A stretch of 38,987 nt of DNA from Clostridia bacterium (GTDB lineage: Bacteria; Bacillota; Clostridia; Christensenellales; UBA1242): positions 1-38,987 of the forward strand of contig JAQUUD010000002.1 of assembly GCA_028694075.1 (NCBI GenBank), given 5' to 3'. Under the pieces are notes generated by a model. It saw only the letters and a list, made by a program, of their open reading frames with translations, was not told the DNA's origin and ran no database searches. Position numbers and translations under genes: made by a program. How positions within the stretch are numbered: position 1 is the stretch's first letter; each line of letters opens with the position of its first letter. Of the stretch, positions 9,750-19,902 are shown piece after piece.

Positions 9750-11393
9750 ATGAAATTAGATGACATAAAACCTGCTAATTTTATTGAAGATATTATTTTA
9801 AAAGACTTAAAAGCAGGTATTGTTAAAAAAGTGCAATTAAGACACCCGCCAGAACCAAGCGGTTATTTGCATATCGGGCATGTAAGGAATATTATGCTTA
9901 ATTATGGCATTGCTGAAAAATTTAACGGTATTTGCAATTTAAGATTTGATGATACAAATCCAACCAAAGAAAAACAAGAATTTGTTGATTCAATAAAAGA
10001 TGATGTGCATTGGCTGGGTTTCGATTATAAAAATATTTTTTATGCAACCGATTATTTTCAAGGAAATTATGAGATTGCAGTAAAACTTATAAAAGATGGC
10101 AAAGCATTTGTTTGTGATTTATCTCCTGATGAACTTTCAAAATATCGTGGAACACTAAGTGAGCCGGGTGTTAACAGTCCATATCGCAACCGAAGCATAG
10201 AAGAAAATTTAGAACTTTTTGAAAAAATGAAAAACGGCGGGTTTGAAGCGGGGGCTTGTTGTTTAAGAGCAAAAATTGATATGTCAAGCCCGAATATTAA
10301 TATGCGGGACCCTGTTATTTATAGAATTCAATATAATACTCATCAAAGAATTGGGAAATCTTGGAATATTTATCCAAGTTATGATTTTTCACACCCCTTA
10401 GATGATGCACTTGAAGGCGTTACACATTCAATTTGCGGGCTGGAATTTGAAGATCATCGACCGCTTTATAATTGGGTTGTGGAAAACAGCGGGCTTTCAA
10501 CAAGACCAAAGCAAATTGAATATTCAAATTTGACAATAAAAGGCGTTGTTATTGGCAAGCGTAATATTAAGCGATTTGTAAGCGAAGGCAAAATTAGCGG
10601 ATTTGATGACCCAAGAATTTATACTTTGCGTGGGCTTAAAAGGCGAGGTGTTCTTCCGCAAAGTTTGTTGGAATTTTCAAGAGAAGCGGGTGTAAGTAAA
10701 ACAACAACAGTTTGTGAAATGAGTTTTTTTGACCATTTTGTTCGAGATGGCTTAAATAAAATTTCAAAGAGAATTATGGCGGTTGTTAGGCCCTTGAAAT
10801 TAATAATCACAAATTATCCGGAAAATCAAGAGGAAGATATTATTTTGCAAGATTATCCGCAAAATGAACAAACCACAAACAGAAATTATAAGTTCGGCAA
10901 AGAATTATTTATTGAGAGGGAAGATTTTATGGAAAATCCTGAAAAAGGTTTCCACAGGCTTTTCGTAGGGAATAAAGTTCGGCTTAAAAGTGCTTATATA
11001 ATTGAATGTACTAGTTTTGATAAAGATGAAAATGGGAATGTTTCTTGTATATATGCAACATATGATAAAAACACCAAATCTGGCGAAAATGGAAGCAATA
11101 TAAAAGTTAAATCAACAATTCATTGGTTGAGTGGCAAATATGCTCAAAAAGTTGAAGTCAGATTGTTTGAAAACTTAACACTGGAAGATAAAAATGAATT
11201 AGGCGATTTTGAATTTAATCCGAGTTCTTTACAAATAATTAAAGACGCATATGTTGAAAGCGGAATAAAATTTGATTTTAAAGAAAGATATCAGTTTATT
11301 AGAAATGGTTATTACTGTTTAGACAGTGACAGCACAGAGCAAAACATAGTTTTTAACAGAACAGCAACATTAAAAGATACTAAAAAAATATAA
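9750..11393 (+). CDS. glnS: Glutaminyl-tRNA synthetase
   Basis: PPEPSGYLHIGHVRNIMLNYGIAEKFNGICNLRFDDTNPTKE and FDDPRIYTLRGLKRRGVLPQSLLEF align closely with my memory of E. coli GlnRS. Length is 547 aa, with an AAGGTGA SD. Confidence 0.9.
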   Translation: MKLDDIKPANFIEDIILKDLKAGIVKKVQLRHPPEPSGYLHIGHVRNIMLNYGIAEKFNGICNLRFDDTNPTKEKQEFVDSIKDDVHWLGFDYKNIFYATDYFQGNYEIAVKLIKDGKAFVCDLSPDELSKYRGTLSEPGVNSPYRNRSIEENLELFEKMKNGGFEAGACCLRAKIDMSSPNINMRDPVIYRIQYNTHQRIGKSWNIYPSYDFSHPLDDALEGVTHSICGLEFEDHRPLYNWVVENSGLSTRPKQIEYSNLTIKGVVIGKRNIKRFVSEGKISGFDDPRIYTLRGLKRRGVLPQSLLEFSREAGVSKTTTVCEMSFFDHFVRDGLNKISKRIMAVVRPLKLIITNYPENQEEDIILQDYPQNEQTTNRNYKFGKELFIEREDFMENPEKGFHRLFVGNKVRLKSAYIIECTSFDKDENGNVSCIYATYDKNTKSGENGSNIKVKSTIHWLSGKYAQKVEVRLFENLTLEDKNELGDFEFNPSSLQIIKDAYVESGIKFDFKERYQFIRNGYYCLDSDSTEQNIVFNRTATLKDTKKI

Positions 11394-11571
11394 AATGTGC
11401 ATATTTCCATATGTTATTTTTTGAAATAGTGAATAATATAACTTGTTAATGTTATTCTAATAAATATGATTAAAAAGTATTTGTTAAAAAATTTTTGATA
11501 ATAAAAAAATAAAACAAAAGCATTAATAAAAAAGTACTAAATCTAGAAAAATAATTTTTAAAGGAGCAATT

Positions 11572-12261
11572 ATGACGCCACTTTTGTATATTATAATTCT
11601 CGCAATTATTGGAATTTTTTCCGCAACCATAACGGTTTTATGGAGAAATGATAAAAATCCTTTAAGCGGTTTAATTTCAAAAAGCATAATAAATTTTGTT
11701 ATTATATACTTGGCGATAATGTCTTTCGCTTTGAATGAAGGCTCATCGGCTTTGTTTGAAGGGTTGATTTTGCTCGGGCTGGTTGCCGGTTTGCTGGGTG
11801 ACATTTTTTTTTGCTACATTGGAACGGATAAAGCCAAACAAATTGAAAAAGTTGTATTTTCTGCTAAAATTGTAAGTTATTTTATGTTCTTGATTGCTAT
11901 TGTTCACATCACAACGGTAACTTGGTTATATGGTTTTATTTTAGGCATAATTTTTACAATACTTGCGGTCTTTTCAGATAAAATATTTAAAATTGAAACC
12001 ATAAAATATAAATGGGTTTTTCCTGTTTATGCAATAATTCTTGGCACAATTTTCGGTCAGTGCATTTTTCAAATAATACTTGAAAGTTTCAGCCTTGTAA
12101 ATTTGCTTGCATTAATCGGGTTTGCTGTTTTATTAACGGCCGATATTTTGTGGCTTTATAATTTGTTCGGCGGGAAAAAGTTCAAGAATTTGCAGATTGT
12201 AAGTTCCATACTTCATTATTTATCTCAAATAATTATTGCAAGTTTAATCTTTTTTGTTTAA
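11572..12261 (+). CDS. Polytopic membrane protein, YhhN-like (tentative)
   Basis: About 7-8 hydrophobic spans. LLGDIFF and LLTADILW resemble the two YhhN family motifs. An AAAGGAG SD is present. Confidence 0.45.
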   Translation: MTPLLYIIILAIIGIFSATITVLWRNDKNPLSGLISKSIINFVIIYLAIMSFALNEGSSALFEGLILLGLVAGLLGDIFFCYIGTDKAKQIEKVVFSAKIVSYFMFLIAIVHITTVTWLYGFILGIIFTILAVFSDKIFKIETIKYKWVFPVYAIILGTIFGQCIFQIILESFSLVNLLALIGFAVLLTADILWLYNLFGGKKFKNLQIVSSILHYLSQIIIASLIFFV

Positions 12262-12277
12262 ATTTTGAATTATTTTT

Positions 12278-12321
12278 AAATCAGATGTTATAAGTTAATT
12301 TTTTAAATATCTGATTTTTTT
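12278..12321 (+). terminator. Possible terminator after the YhhN-like gene
   Basis: AAATCAGAT ... ATCTGATTT (9-bp stem, large 22-nt loop) followed by a T-run. Confidence 0.4.
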
Positions 12322-12675
12322 AACTTAAAAATAGTTTATATATTTAAATGATATAAAATAATTAAAAAAATCAAAATAAATGATTTTTCATATTTGTTTT
12401 TATTGCTTAATATATGAAAAGTGGCGTATTTTCTACACAATTTAAGAATTTTCAATATTTTTGTAAAAAATTGAGAATATTTATTGAAATTATTTGATTA
12501 TTTGTACAATATTATGTTATAATTTAACAAAGATTAAAATTTAGTAAAATAAATGCTTGAAATTTATTGTATTTTTTATTTAATCTTTCAAATTTTTAAC
12601 TTATTTTTTCTTGTGAAAAATTTGTATAAAATTATTTTTTGACTTGCAATTAAAAAAAATTTAGAAGGAGGTAAG

Positions 12676-13044
12676 ATGGTCACGCAAGCTAAGTCGTTGG
12701 ATGAAATAATTTCAGATATAACAATTAGTATTGGAATTCCAGCAAATATTATTGGGTCTGCCTATATCAGTGAAGCAGTTAAACTGGTTATTGAAAAACC
12801 AAGTGTGTTATCCTGCATAACAAAAGAATTATATCCAACAATCGCAAATAAGTATGACACAAAAGTTGCTAATGTTGAACGCGGTATCAGACACGCGATC
12901 GAAGTTGCTTGGAGTAAAAATCGAATTATTGGTCTTAATAAAATTTTTAATTTGAACATCTACCAAGAAACTGAAAAGCCTTGTAACAGCGAATTTATTG
13001 CATTATTAGCCGAACGCATTCCTCATATAATGAAAAGAATGTAA
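12676..13044 (+). CDS. Stand-alone Spo0A C-terminal (DNA-binding effector) domain protein, no receiver domain
   Basis: IGIPANIIGSAYISEAV...ITKELYPTIANKYDTKVANVERGIRHAIEVAWSKN...EKPCNSEFIALLAERI parallels B. subtilis Spo0A-C (IGVPAHIKGYLYLREAI...VERAIRHAIEVAWSRGN...KPTNSEFIAMVADKL). It has a strong GAAGGAGG SD and an in-frame TGA 12 codons upstream. Confidence 0.85.
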   Translation: MVTQAKSLDEIISDITISIGIPANIIGSAYISEAVKLVIEKPSVLSCITKELYPTIANKYDTKVANVERGIRHAIEVAWSKNRIIGLNKIFNLNIYQETEKPCNSEFIALLAERIPHIMKRM

Positions 13045-13282
13045 CCGCGAGACAATTTTTTTCAGTTATTAAAATAATTTCAAAAATTAATTCAAATCTT
13101 CTAATTTTTGTTTGTGTTGCAAGGAAATTTAATTTTTGGATTATTTTAATTATTATCCGAATAAGAAAATAAAAAATTATTTAAAATAATTTCTTTATTT
13201 TTTTGTTTGCGATTTTCTAATAATTTTCTTCTTAATTTAATAATAAATTAGATGGTTTTTTATGCCTAATTACATAAAAAAA

Positions 13283-14068
13283 TTATAAATTTGTTAGTTG
13301 CAATGAAAGCGTTTTATGTAATAATAAAATTTCCATATAATTATATTTCATTTTGGAACCAAACGGTTGAGTAGTGGTTTCAACATAATCAATTAACTGT
13401 TGAATTAGCGTGCTTAATGAATTCATTGAAAGTTTTATTTGAAGTAAATTAGGAGTTAATTTAGAATTAAACAGGGCTTCAAAGTCTGATTTTTTTTTGC
13501 TAACATCACTTTGAATGTTTGCGATTTCCAGCCTGCACTGTGTTTCAGTTAAAATTAATGTATCCAAACTTATTGATATGTCATAAAGATTTTTATAAGT
13601 GTTTTTAAATAAATTTAATGCACTGCTTAGTGCCGATAATTCTTCTGCCGAGTAATTTCTCCCGATTGAAATTTCACAAAAATCAATTTTTAAAATTTCG
13701 GCAGTGTATCCGCTTTCAATCAAATTTTCCTTGACTTTTGTTGCATCATTTTCTTCAATATAGGCACTTGCAATAACATAAAACACGCCTTCGCTTTCCC
13801 AAACATATCCAGCCCCGCCTATTTTTTTTACAACAGTAGCCTGCTCTAATGCCGAAGATTTTATGGAACTTTGATGAAGTTCAACAGCATATATAGAATA
13901 AGCATTTATTTTTCCGCCGTTAACACCTGCAAATGAACCAACAGTAATAAAAGTGGAAAATAAATCTGCTAGAGCAACACATAAAGCAATACTAATAAAA
14001 CAGGAAAAAATCACAAAAAATTTTCCGCCTTTTGCTTTGCTTAATTTTTCTTTATTCTTTCTTGACAT
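13283..14068 (-). CDS. Membrane-anchored protein with SPOR-like domain (tentative)
   Basis: A basic N-terminus plus one TM segment (FFVIFSCFISIALCVALADLF). This is followed by YSIYAVELHQSS...ATVVKKIGGAGYVWESEGVFYVIASAYIEENDATKVKENLIESGYTAEI, which fits the SPOR beta-alpha-beta-beta-alpha-beta pattern. Confidence 0.5.
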   Translation of the reverse strand: MSRKNKEKLSKAKGGKFFVIFSCFISIALCVALADLFSTFITVGSFAGVNGGKINAYSIYAVELHQSSIKSSALEQATVVKKIGGAGYVWESEGVFYVIASAYIEENDATKVKENLIESGYTAEILKIDFCEISIGRNYSAEELSALSSALNLFKNTYKNLYDISISLDTLILTETQCRLEIANIQSDVSKKKSDFEALFNSKLTPNLLQIKLSMNSLSTLIQQLIDYVETTTQPFGSKMKYNYMEILLLHKTLSLQLTNL

Positions 14069-14160
14069 TTTTGAGTTAAACTCCGCCTCCCGAATTATGC
14101 TTTTTTATGTATGTTTATGTAGAAAGCGTGCAAAGTATGAAAAAAGTTTAGCCGGATTGC

Positions 14161-14189
14161 TTTACAATTTAAAAAGTTAAATATATAAT
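14161..14189 (+). promoter_or_regulatory. Sigma-A type promoter of groES-groEL
   Basis: TTTACA (14161-14166), a 17-nt spacer, then TATAAT (14184-14189). Confidence 0.6.
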
Positions 14190-14221
14190 TATGCTTATCA
14201 AAATATAGGAGGTATTGGAAT

Positions 14222-14506
14222 ATGAAAATAAAACCACTTTATGATAGAGTCGTTTTAAGCCCTGATAAGGCTCAAGAAAAAACTGCTAGCGGAATTATGC
14301 TTCCGGAAGTGGCACAAGAGAAATCGCAAATGGCAAAAGTTGTCAGTATTGGCGAGGGTGGCAGTATAGATGGAAAGGAAAGCAAAATACAAGTGAAAAG
14401 TGGAGATAAAGTCTTATATACTAAGTTTGCCGGAACTGAAATTAAAATTGATGGCAAGGATTATATTATTGTAAGACAAACCGACATTTTAGCAGTTATT
14501 GAATAG
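14222..14506 (+). CDS. groES: Co-chaperonin GroES
   Basis: MKIKPLYDRVVL...ASGIMLPEVAQEK...GDKVLYTKFAGTEIKIDGKDYIIVRQTDILAVIE, with an AGGAGG SD. Confidence 0.97.
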   Translation: MKIKPLYDRVVLSPDKAQEKTASGIMLPEVAQEKSQMAKVVSIGEGGSIDGKESKIQVKSGDKVLYTKFAGTEIKIDGKDYIIVRQTDILAVIE

Positions 14507-14635
14507 TATTAAAACTAATCGGCAAATTGAAATTTCGCTGATTAAATTTTTATTGAAAATAACAACAGAATTTAATAGAATATAAAAAGTAAAATTAATA
14601 TAAAAAATAATATTTATGCAAAACAAGGAGATTAA

Positions 14636-16270
<1,635 letters not shown>

Positions 16271-16336
16271 TAATCAGCGTTTCGCGTTAAATAATGAAAT
16301 AAATTTTCAAAATTTCTAAAAGTCAGATAAATCAAA

Positions 16337-16363
16337 AAGGCAAAGTTAATCAGACTTTGCCTT
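16337..16363 (+). terminator. Rho-independent terminator after groEL
   Basis: AAGGCAAAGT / TAATCAG loop / ACTTTGCCTT, followed by T-rich sequence. Confidence 0.8.
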
Positions 16364-16520
16364 TATATTTTCCACTAAATTATTTTAACAATATTTTACA
16401 ATTAACAGATTATTATATTTATCGATTTTTTGAATATTAAATTACAATTAGTTATAGTATTCAGTAAATTTGTTTAAAACTTACAAAATTCATACAAATT
16501 TATTAAATTTCACAATTAAG

Positions 16521-16549
16521 TTGATTAGTTCAATTTTTTGTGTTAATAT
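16521..16549 (+). promoter_or_regulatory. Candidate sepF promoter
   Basis: TTGATT (16521-16526), a 17-nt spacer, then TAATAT (16544-16549). Confidence 0.4.
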
Positions 16550-16601
16550 TGTGTTAACAAAGTGTCACAATTTATCAGAAAAATTTGGGGTTAACTTACA
16601 T

Positions 16602-17033
16602 ATGAAAATATTTGATAAAATTTTAGGTTTTTTGGGCTTTGATGTTGAAGAAGATGAAACAGTTAATAATAAGTCAAAGATAATAAAAAATGCTGAGAAT
16701 TCATTTAATCCAATTGCGAAGAAACCGACAAGAAGTGTAAAAAAAGATTTTTTCATTTTGTCAAGCGAAACATCAGAAATTGAATATTTCAATTTAAAAC
16801 CAAAAAATCAAACAGAAATTCAAAGTGCAATGAATGTTTTAAAAAACGGGAACAATGTTATAATAAATCTTGCTGAATTAAAAGAAACAGATTTTTTAAG
16901 GGGCTTAGATTTTATATTTGGTTATTGTTATTGCTTAGATGCCAGCGTTGAAAAAATAGAAAAAACAACATTCAAATTAACTGTTAAAAATGACGGGTTG
17001 AAAAAAAATAATATTGAGAACCATTATTGTTAA
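16602..17033 (+). CDS. sepF: Cell division protein SepF-like
   Basis: I chose the internal Met (MKIFDKILGFLGFDVEEDE) because the track's 16470 start covers promoter-like DNA. The C-terminal core IEYFNLKPKNQTEIQSAMNVLKNGNNVIINLAELKETDFLRGLDFIFGYCYCLDASVEKI fits the SepF domain pattern. Confidence 0.7.
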   Translation: MKIFDKILGFLGFDVEEDETVNNKSKIIKNAENSFNPIAKKPTRSVKKDFFILSSETSEIEYFNLKPKNQTEIQSAMNVLKNGNNVIINLAELKETDFLRGLDFIFGYCYCLDASVEKIEKTTFKLTVKNDGLKKNNIENHYC

Positions 17034-17146
17034 CCAATATAAAAATTTTAAATGTGATACTATTTAAGTAGTAAAAAAGTAAAATTTAAATAAAGTAATT
17101 TAAGAAATAAAAGCCAATAAATAAAATTAAAAGTGAAGTATAATAA

Positions 17147-17800
17147 ATGATAAAAAAATTTGACGAAACATTTATAAGAAAAAGAGTATATGATTATAAT
17201 AAATGCAAACATCTTATAATTTATATTTCGCTAGTGATTTTTTCGTTAACTTTTGATATAGTTACAAAAAATATTTTCACAAATCAATATTTTACTTTAA
17301 TAGAAGATATATTAAGTATTAGTTCTGCAAGGAATTATGGCGGAGTTATGGGCTCTTTGCATGGATATAATGCCTTTTTAACGAATGCTTCATTTCTTGT
17401 ACTTTGTTTTTTGATATATGTTTATTTTTGGCGTTATAATAAAACTTATTCGTTTACAATTGGTATGGGTATTGCTTTAGGGGCAGGCATGGGGAATCTT
17501 GCTGACAGGATATTTTTGGGATATGTTAGAGACTTTGTAAGAATTGACTGTTTGCCTTCTTTAGGTTCTCCAATTTTTAATATGGCAGATCTTTTGTTGA
17601 CCATTGGAGTCATTATTATGCTATATTATTTTATGTTTGTGGCTATCAGAATTCCATATCAAGAAGTTCGAAATGCTAAAATTGAAGATGAACAAAAAAA
17701 TCTTGGAAAATCAGAAAACAAAACTGAAAAATCAGAGAATAATATTGGGAAATCAGAAAATAAAACTGAAAAATCAGAAAATAAGACAAAAATTGAATGA
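17147..17800 (+). CDS. lspA: Lipoprotein signal peptidase (signal peptidase II) with repetitive C-terminal tail
   Basis: Contains GNLADRIFLGYVRDFV and IFNMADLLLTIG (the conserved Asp-containing motifs) and four TM spans. The tail reads KSENKTE-KSENNIG-KSENKTE-KSENKTK. Confidence 0.85.
   Translation: MIKKFDETFIRKRVYDYNKCKHLIIYISLVIFSLTFDIVTKNIFTNQYFTLIEDILSISSARNYGGVMGSLHGYNAFLTNASFLVLCFLIYVYFWRYNKTYSFTIGMGIALGAGMGNLADRIFLGYVRDFVRIDCLPSLGSPIFNMADLLLTIGVIIMLYYFMFVAIRIPYQEVRNAKIEDEQKNLGKSENKTEKSENNIGKSENKTEKSENKTKIE
17708..17791 (+). repeat. 4 x 21-bp tandem repeat inside the lspA 3' end
   Basis: AAATCAGAAAACAAAACTGAA / AAATCAGAGAATAATATTGGG / AAATCAGAAAATAAAACTGAA / AAATCAGAAAATAAGACAAAA. Confidence 0.9.
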
Positions 17801-17843
17801 GTGCCATAAATAAAATTTTAATTAAAATGAGTGTGGAATTAAT

Positions 17844-18794
17844 TTGAAAAATAAAAAACTTTTCTCAAGCGAACAGGATAAAGGTAAAAGACTAGATTTG
17901 TTTATGCTTGAAAAAAATCCTGAATTTTCTCGATCATACATTAAAAATTTAATTGTAAGCGGAAATATCTTGCATAATGGCGAAATCAAAAAAAGTGGCA
18001 CTGTTTTAAAGCAAAATGATATTATTGAAATTGTAGTGCCAGAAAATTCAAAGCCTAATTCCAAACTTGAAAATTTGCCTTTGGAAATAGTTTATCAAGA
18101 CAGTGATTTGGCAGTTATAAACAAGCAACAAGGCATTGTTGTTCACGCTGGAAACGGAAATCACAGCGGAACGCTGGTTAATGCCTTGCTTTATCATATC
18201 AAGGATTTAAGCGGAATAAACGGTGTTCTTCGTCCGGGAATTGTTCATCGGCTTGATAAGAACACTTCGGGGTTGATGCTGGTTGCAAAAAATGACAAGT
18301 CGCATAGAATTTTAGCCGAACAAATCAGTAATAAAACTTGCATTAGAAAATATCTTGCAATTTTGGAAGGCAACATAAAGCAAGATGTTGGAAGAATTGA
18401 AATAAATATAACTAGAAATTCTAAAAAAAGAACTTTAATGACAACAAGTGCGGATTTAAATGTTGGGCGAAAAGCAATAACAGAGTTTAAGGTGCTTGAA
18501 AGATTTGAGCATAATTGTTTGGTTGAATTTAATTTAAAAACGGGCAGAACTCATCAAATCCGAGTGCATTGCAAAGAGTTTTTACATCATTCAATTCTTG
18601 GAGATGTTGATTATGGCGGAAGTATTTGCAAATTGATTTCAAAAACATCGCCAAAATCATTGGGACAATATCTTCACGCTTATCATATAGAATTTATGCA
18701 CCCGATTACAAAAAAACAGTTAACTTTTGAAACCCCTGTTCCACCTTATTTCAAATATCTTCTCGACAAATTGAGGACTATGCAAAAAAATTAA
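17844..18794 (+). CDS. rluD: RluA/RluD-family 23S rRNA pseudouridine synthase
   Basis: An S4-like N-terminus (KRLDLFM), the catalytic HRLDKNTSGLMLVAK, and GRTHQIRVH. The apparent start is TTG. lspA-rluD adjacency is conserved in Bacillota. Confidence 0.9.
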   Translation: MKNKKLFSSEQDKGKRLDLFMLEKNPEFSRSYIKNLIVSGNILHNGEIKKSGTVLKQNDIIEIVVPENSKPNSKLENLPLEIVYQDSDLAVINKQQGIVVHAGNGNHSGTLVNALLYHIKDLSGINGVLRPGIVHRLDKNTSGLMLVAKNDKSHRILAEQISNKTCIRKYLAILEGNIKQDVGRIEINITRNSKKRTLMTTSADLNVGRKAITEFKVLERFEHNCLVEFNLKTGRTHQIRVHCKEFLHHSILGDVDYGGSICKLISKTSPKSLGQYLHAYHIEFMHPITKKQLTFETPVPPYFKYLLDKLRTMQKN

Positions 18795-19013
18795 GAATTA
18801 AAACTTATAATCAAAGTTTATTAATAAAATATATTTTTAAAGCAGGAGTTTTTCGAATAGAATATAAAAAACTTAAAAATCTAAATCTAGACACTCACTA
18901 AAGATATATACTTTGAAATCAAAATCCTAATTAAGTTTAATAAAAAAAGACTAGACAAATTTATGTTTTGATTGTATAATTAACAGATTCTAATTATTTA
19001 AAGGAGATTTATT

Positions 19014-19289
19014 ATGGCTGATACTCAAAAATTTAAAAAATTTGTTAATATGCTTGCATTCATAGGCATCGTTGCAATTGCAGTGGTTTTGCTTTTGCGT
19101 CTTGTGTTTGAACAAGTGTTCAGTGGTAGCCCGGAATTTGTAAATGCATTGGGATTAATTGCTGAATGCATTGCTTATGTAGTAACTGCAATTTATGCTT
19201 TTTATTTTATTAATGCAAAGCATAGTTTAATCTATACAATTATGTATGTCATATCATTGATATTAATAGTTGTACTTATGATTGTATAA
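19014..19289 (+). CDS. Small membrane protein (91 aa, about 3 TM), unknown function
   Basis: AAAGGAG SD and three hydrophobic spans. Confidence 0.55.
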   Translation: MADTQKFKKFVNMLAFIGIVAIAVVLLLRLVFEQVFSGSPEFVNALGLIAECIAYVVTAIYAFYFINAKHSLIYTIMYVISLILIVVLMIV

Positions 19290-19314
19290 AAAAATTAACG
19301 GGCAGGATTAAAAT

Positions 19315-19704
19315 ATGATTAGTTTAGAAAGAAGTTTGAAATTTATAAGAATTGTTTTATATTTTATAACAGCAATGTTTTTATTATTGCAATTTGCTTG
19401 GCACCCGTTTGTATATTTTGCAATGGCAAGTTTATTGTTCATATTCGTTAATCTGGCAGTGCTGGAAATTTTCAAATATAATGAAATAAAAAAAGAAATA
19501 AAGAACGAATACGAAGTTTTTCTTGTGAAGTGTTATAATGAAGGCAAAGTAACCAAAAACCAATTGGATTCTCAGGATAAAATATTTTATCCTGAATATG
19601 TTAAAAGTTTTAGAACTGATAAGATGAAAAAAATTTTGTTTTTCATACTTTGGTTCGGTCTGGCAGTTTCATTGCTTATAATAATTCTTAATGAAATATT
19701 TTAA
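19315..19704 (+). CDS. Small membrane protein (129 aa), unknown function
   Basis: Two N-terminal TM segments, a charged middle segment and one C-terminal TM. It lies 25 nt after the previous ORF. Confidence 0.5.
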   Translation: MISLERSLKFIRIVLYFITAMFLLLQFAWHPFVYFAMASLLFIFVNLAVLEIFKYNEIKKEIKNEYEVFLVKCYNEGKVTKNQLDSQDKIFYPEYVKSFRTDKMKKILFFILWFGLAVSLLIIILNEIF

Positions 19705-19760
19705 AAAAGCCAAAAGTTTTGTGCTTAAGTAATGCTTATACGAGATGATCAGTTATTAAA

Positions 19761-19793
19761 AATTGCCGAACAAAATTATTTGGTTTGGCAATT
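19761..19793 (+). terminator. Possible terminator
   Basis: AATTGCCGAAC ... GTTTGGCAATT (11-bp stem, one mismatch) followed by A/T-rich sequence. Confidence 0.4.
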
Positions 19794-19902
19794 ATTTAAT
19801 TTTAAGTGGCAAGAAATGTTTAATACTTGAATATATTATTTTATAATTTAAAATTTACTGGTTCTTTAGCATAGGGTGCTAAAGAATAAATTGGGAGGAA
19901 AA

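Noticed and set aside
11523-11804. 93-aa minus-strand ORF overlapping the YhhN-like gene start
   Set aside because: It is antisense to a membrane-protein gene that has a clear SD, and it has no signals of its own.
16470-16601. N-terminal extension of sepF (track start at 16470)
   Set aside because: The extension covers the candidate promoter and repeat region and encodes an implausible leader. SepF-like sequence begins at the Met at 16602.
17604-17813. 69-aa alternative-frame ORF over the lspA tail
   Set aside because: It is created by the same 21-bp repeats read out of frame. The lspA frame is continuous with conserved motifs.
19876-19902. GTG start of trigger factor
   Set aside because: The GTG lies inside the 5' UTR hairpin and upstream of the GGGAGG SD, which is correctly spaced for the ATG at 19903.
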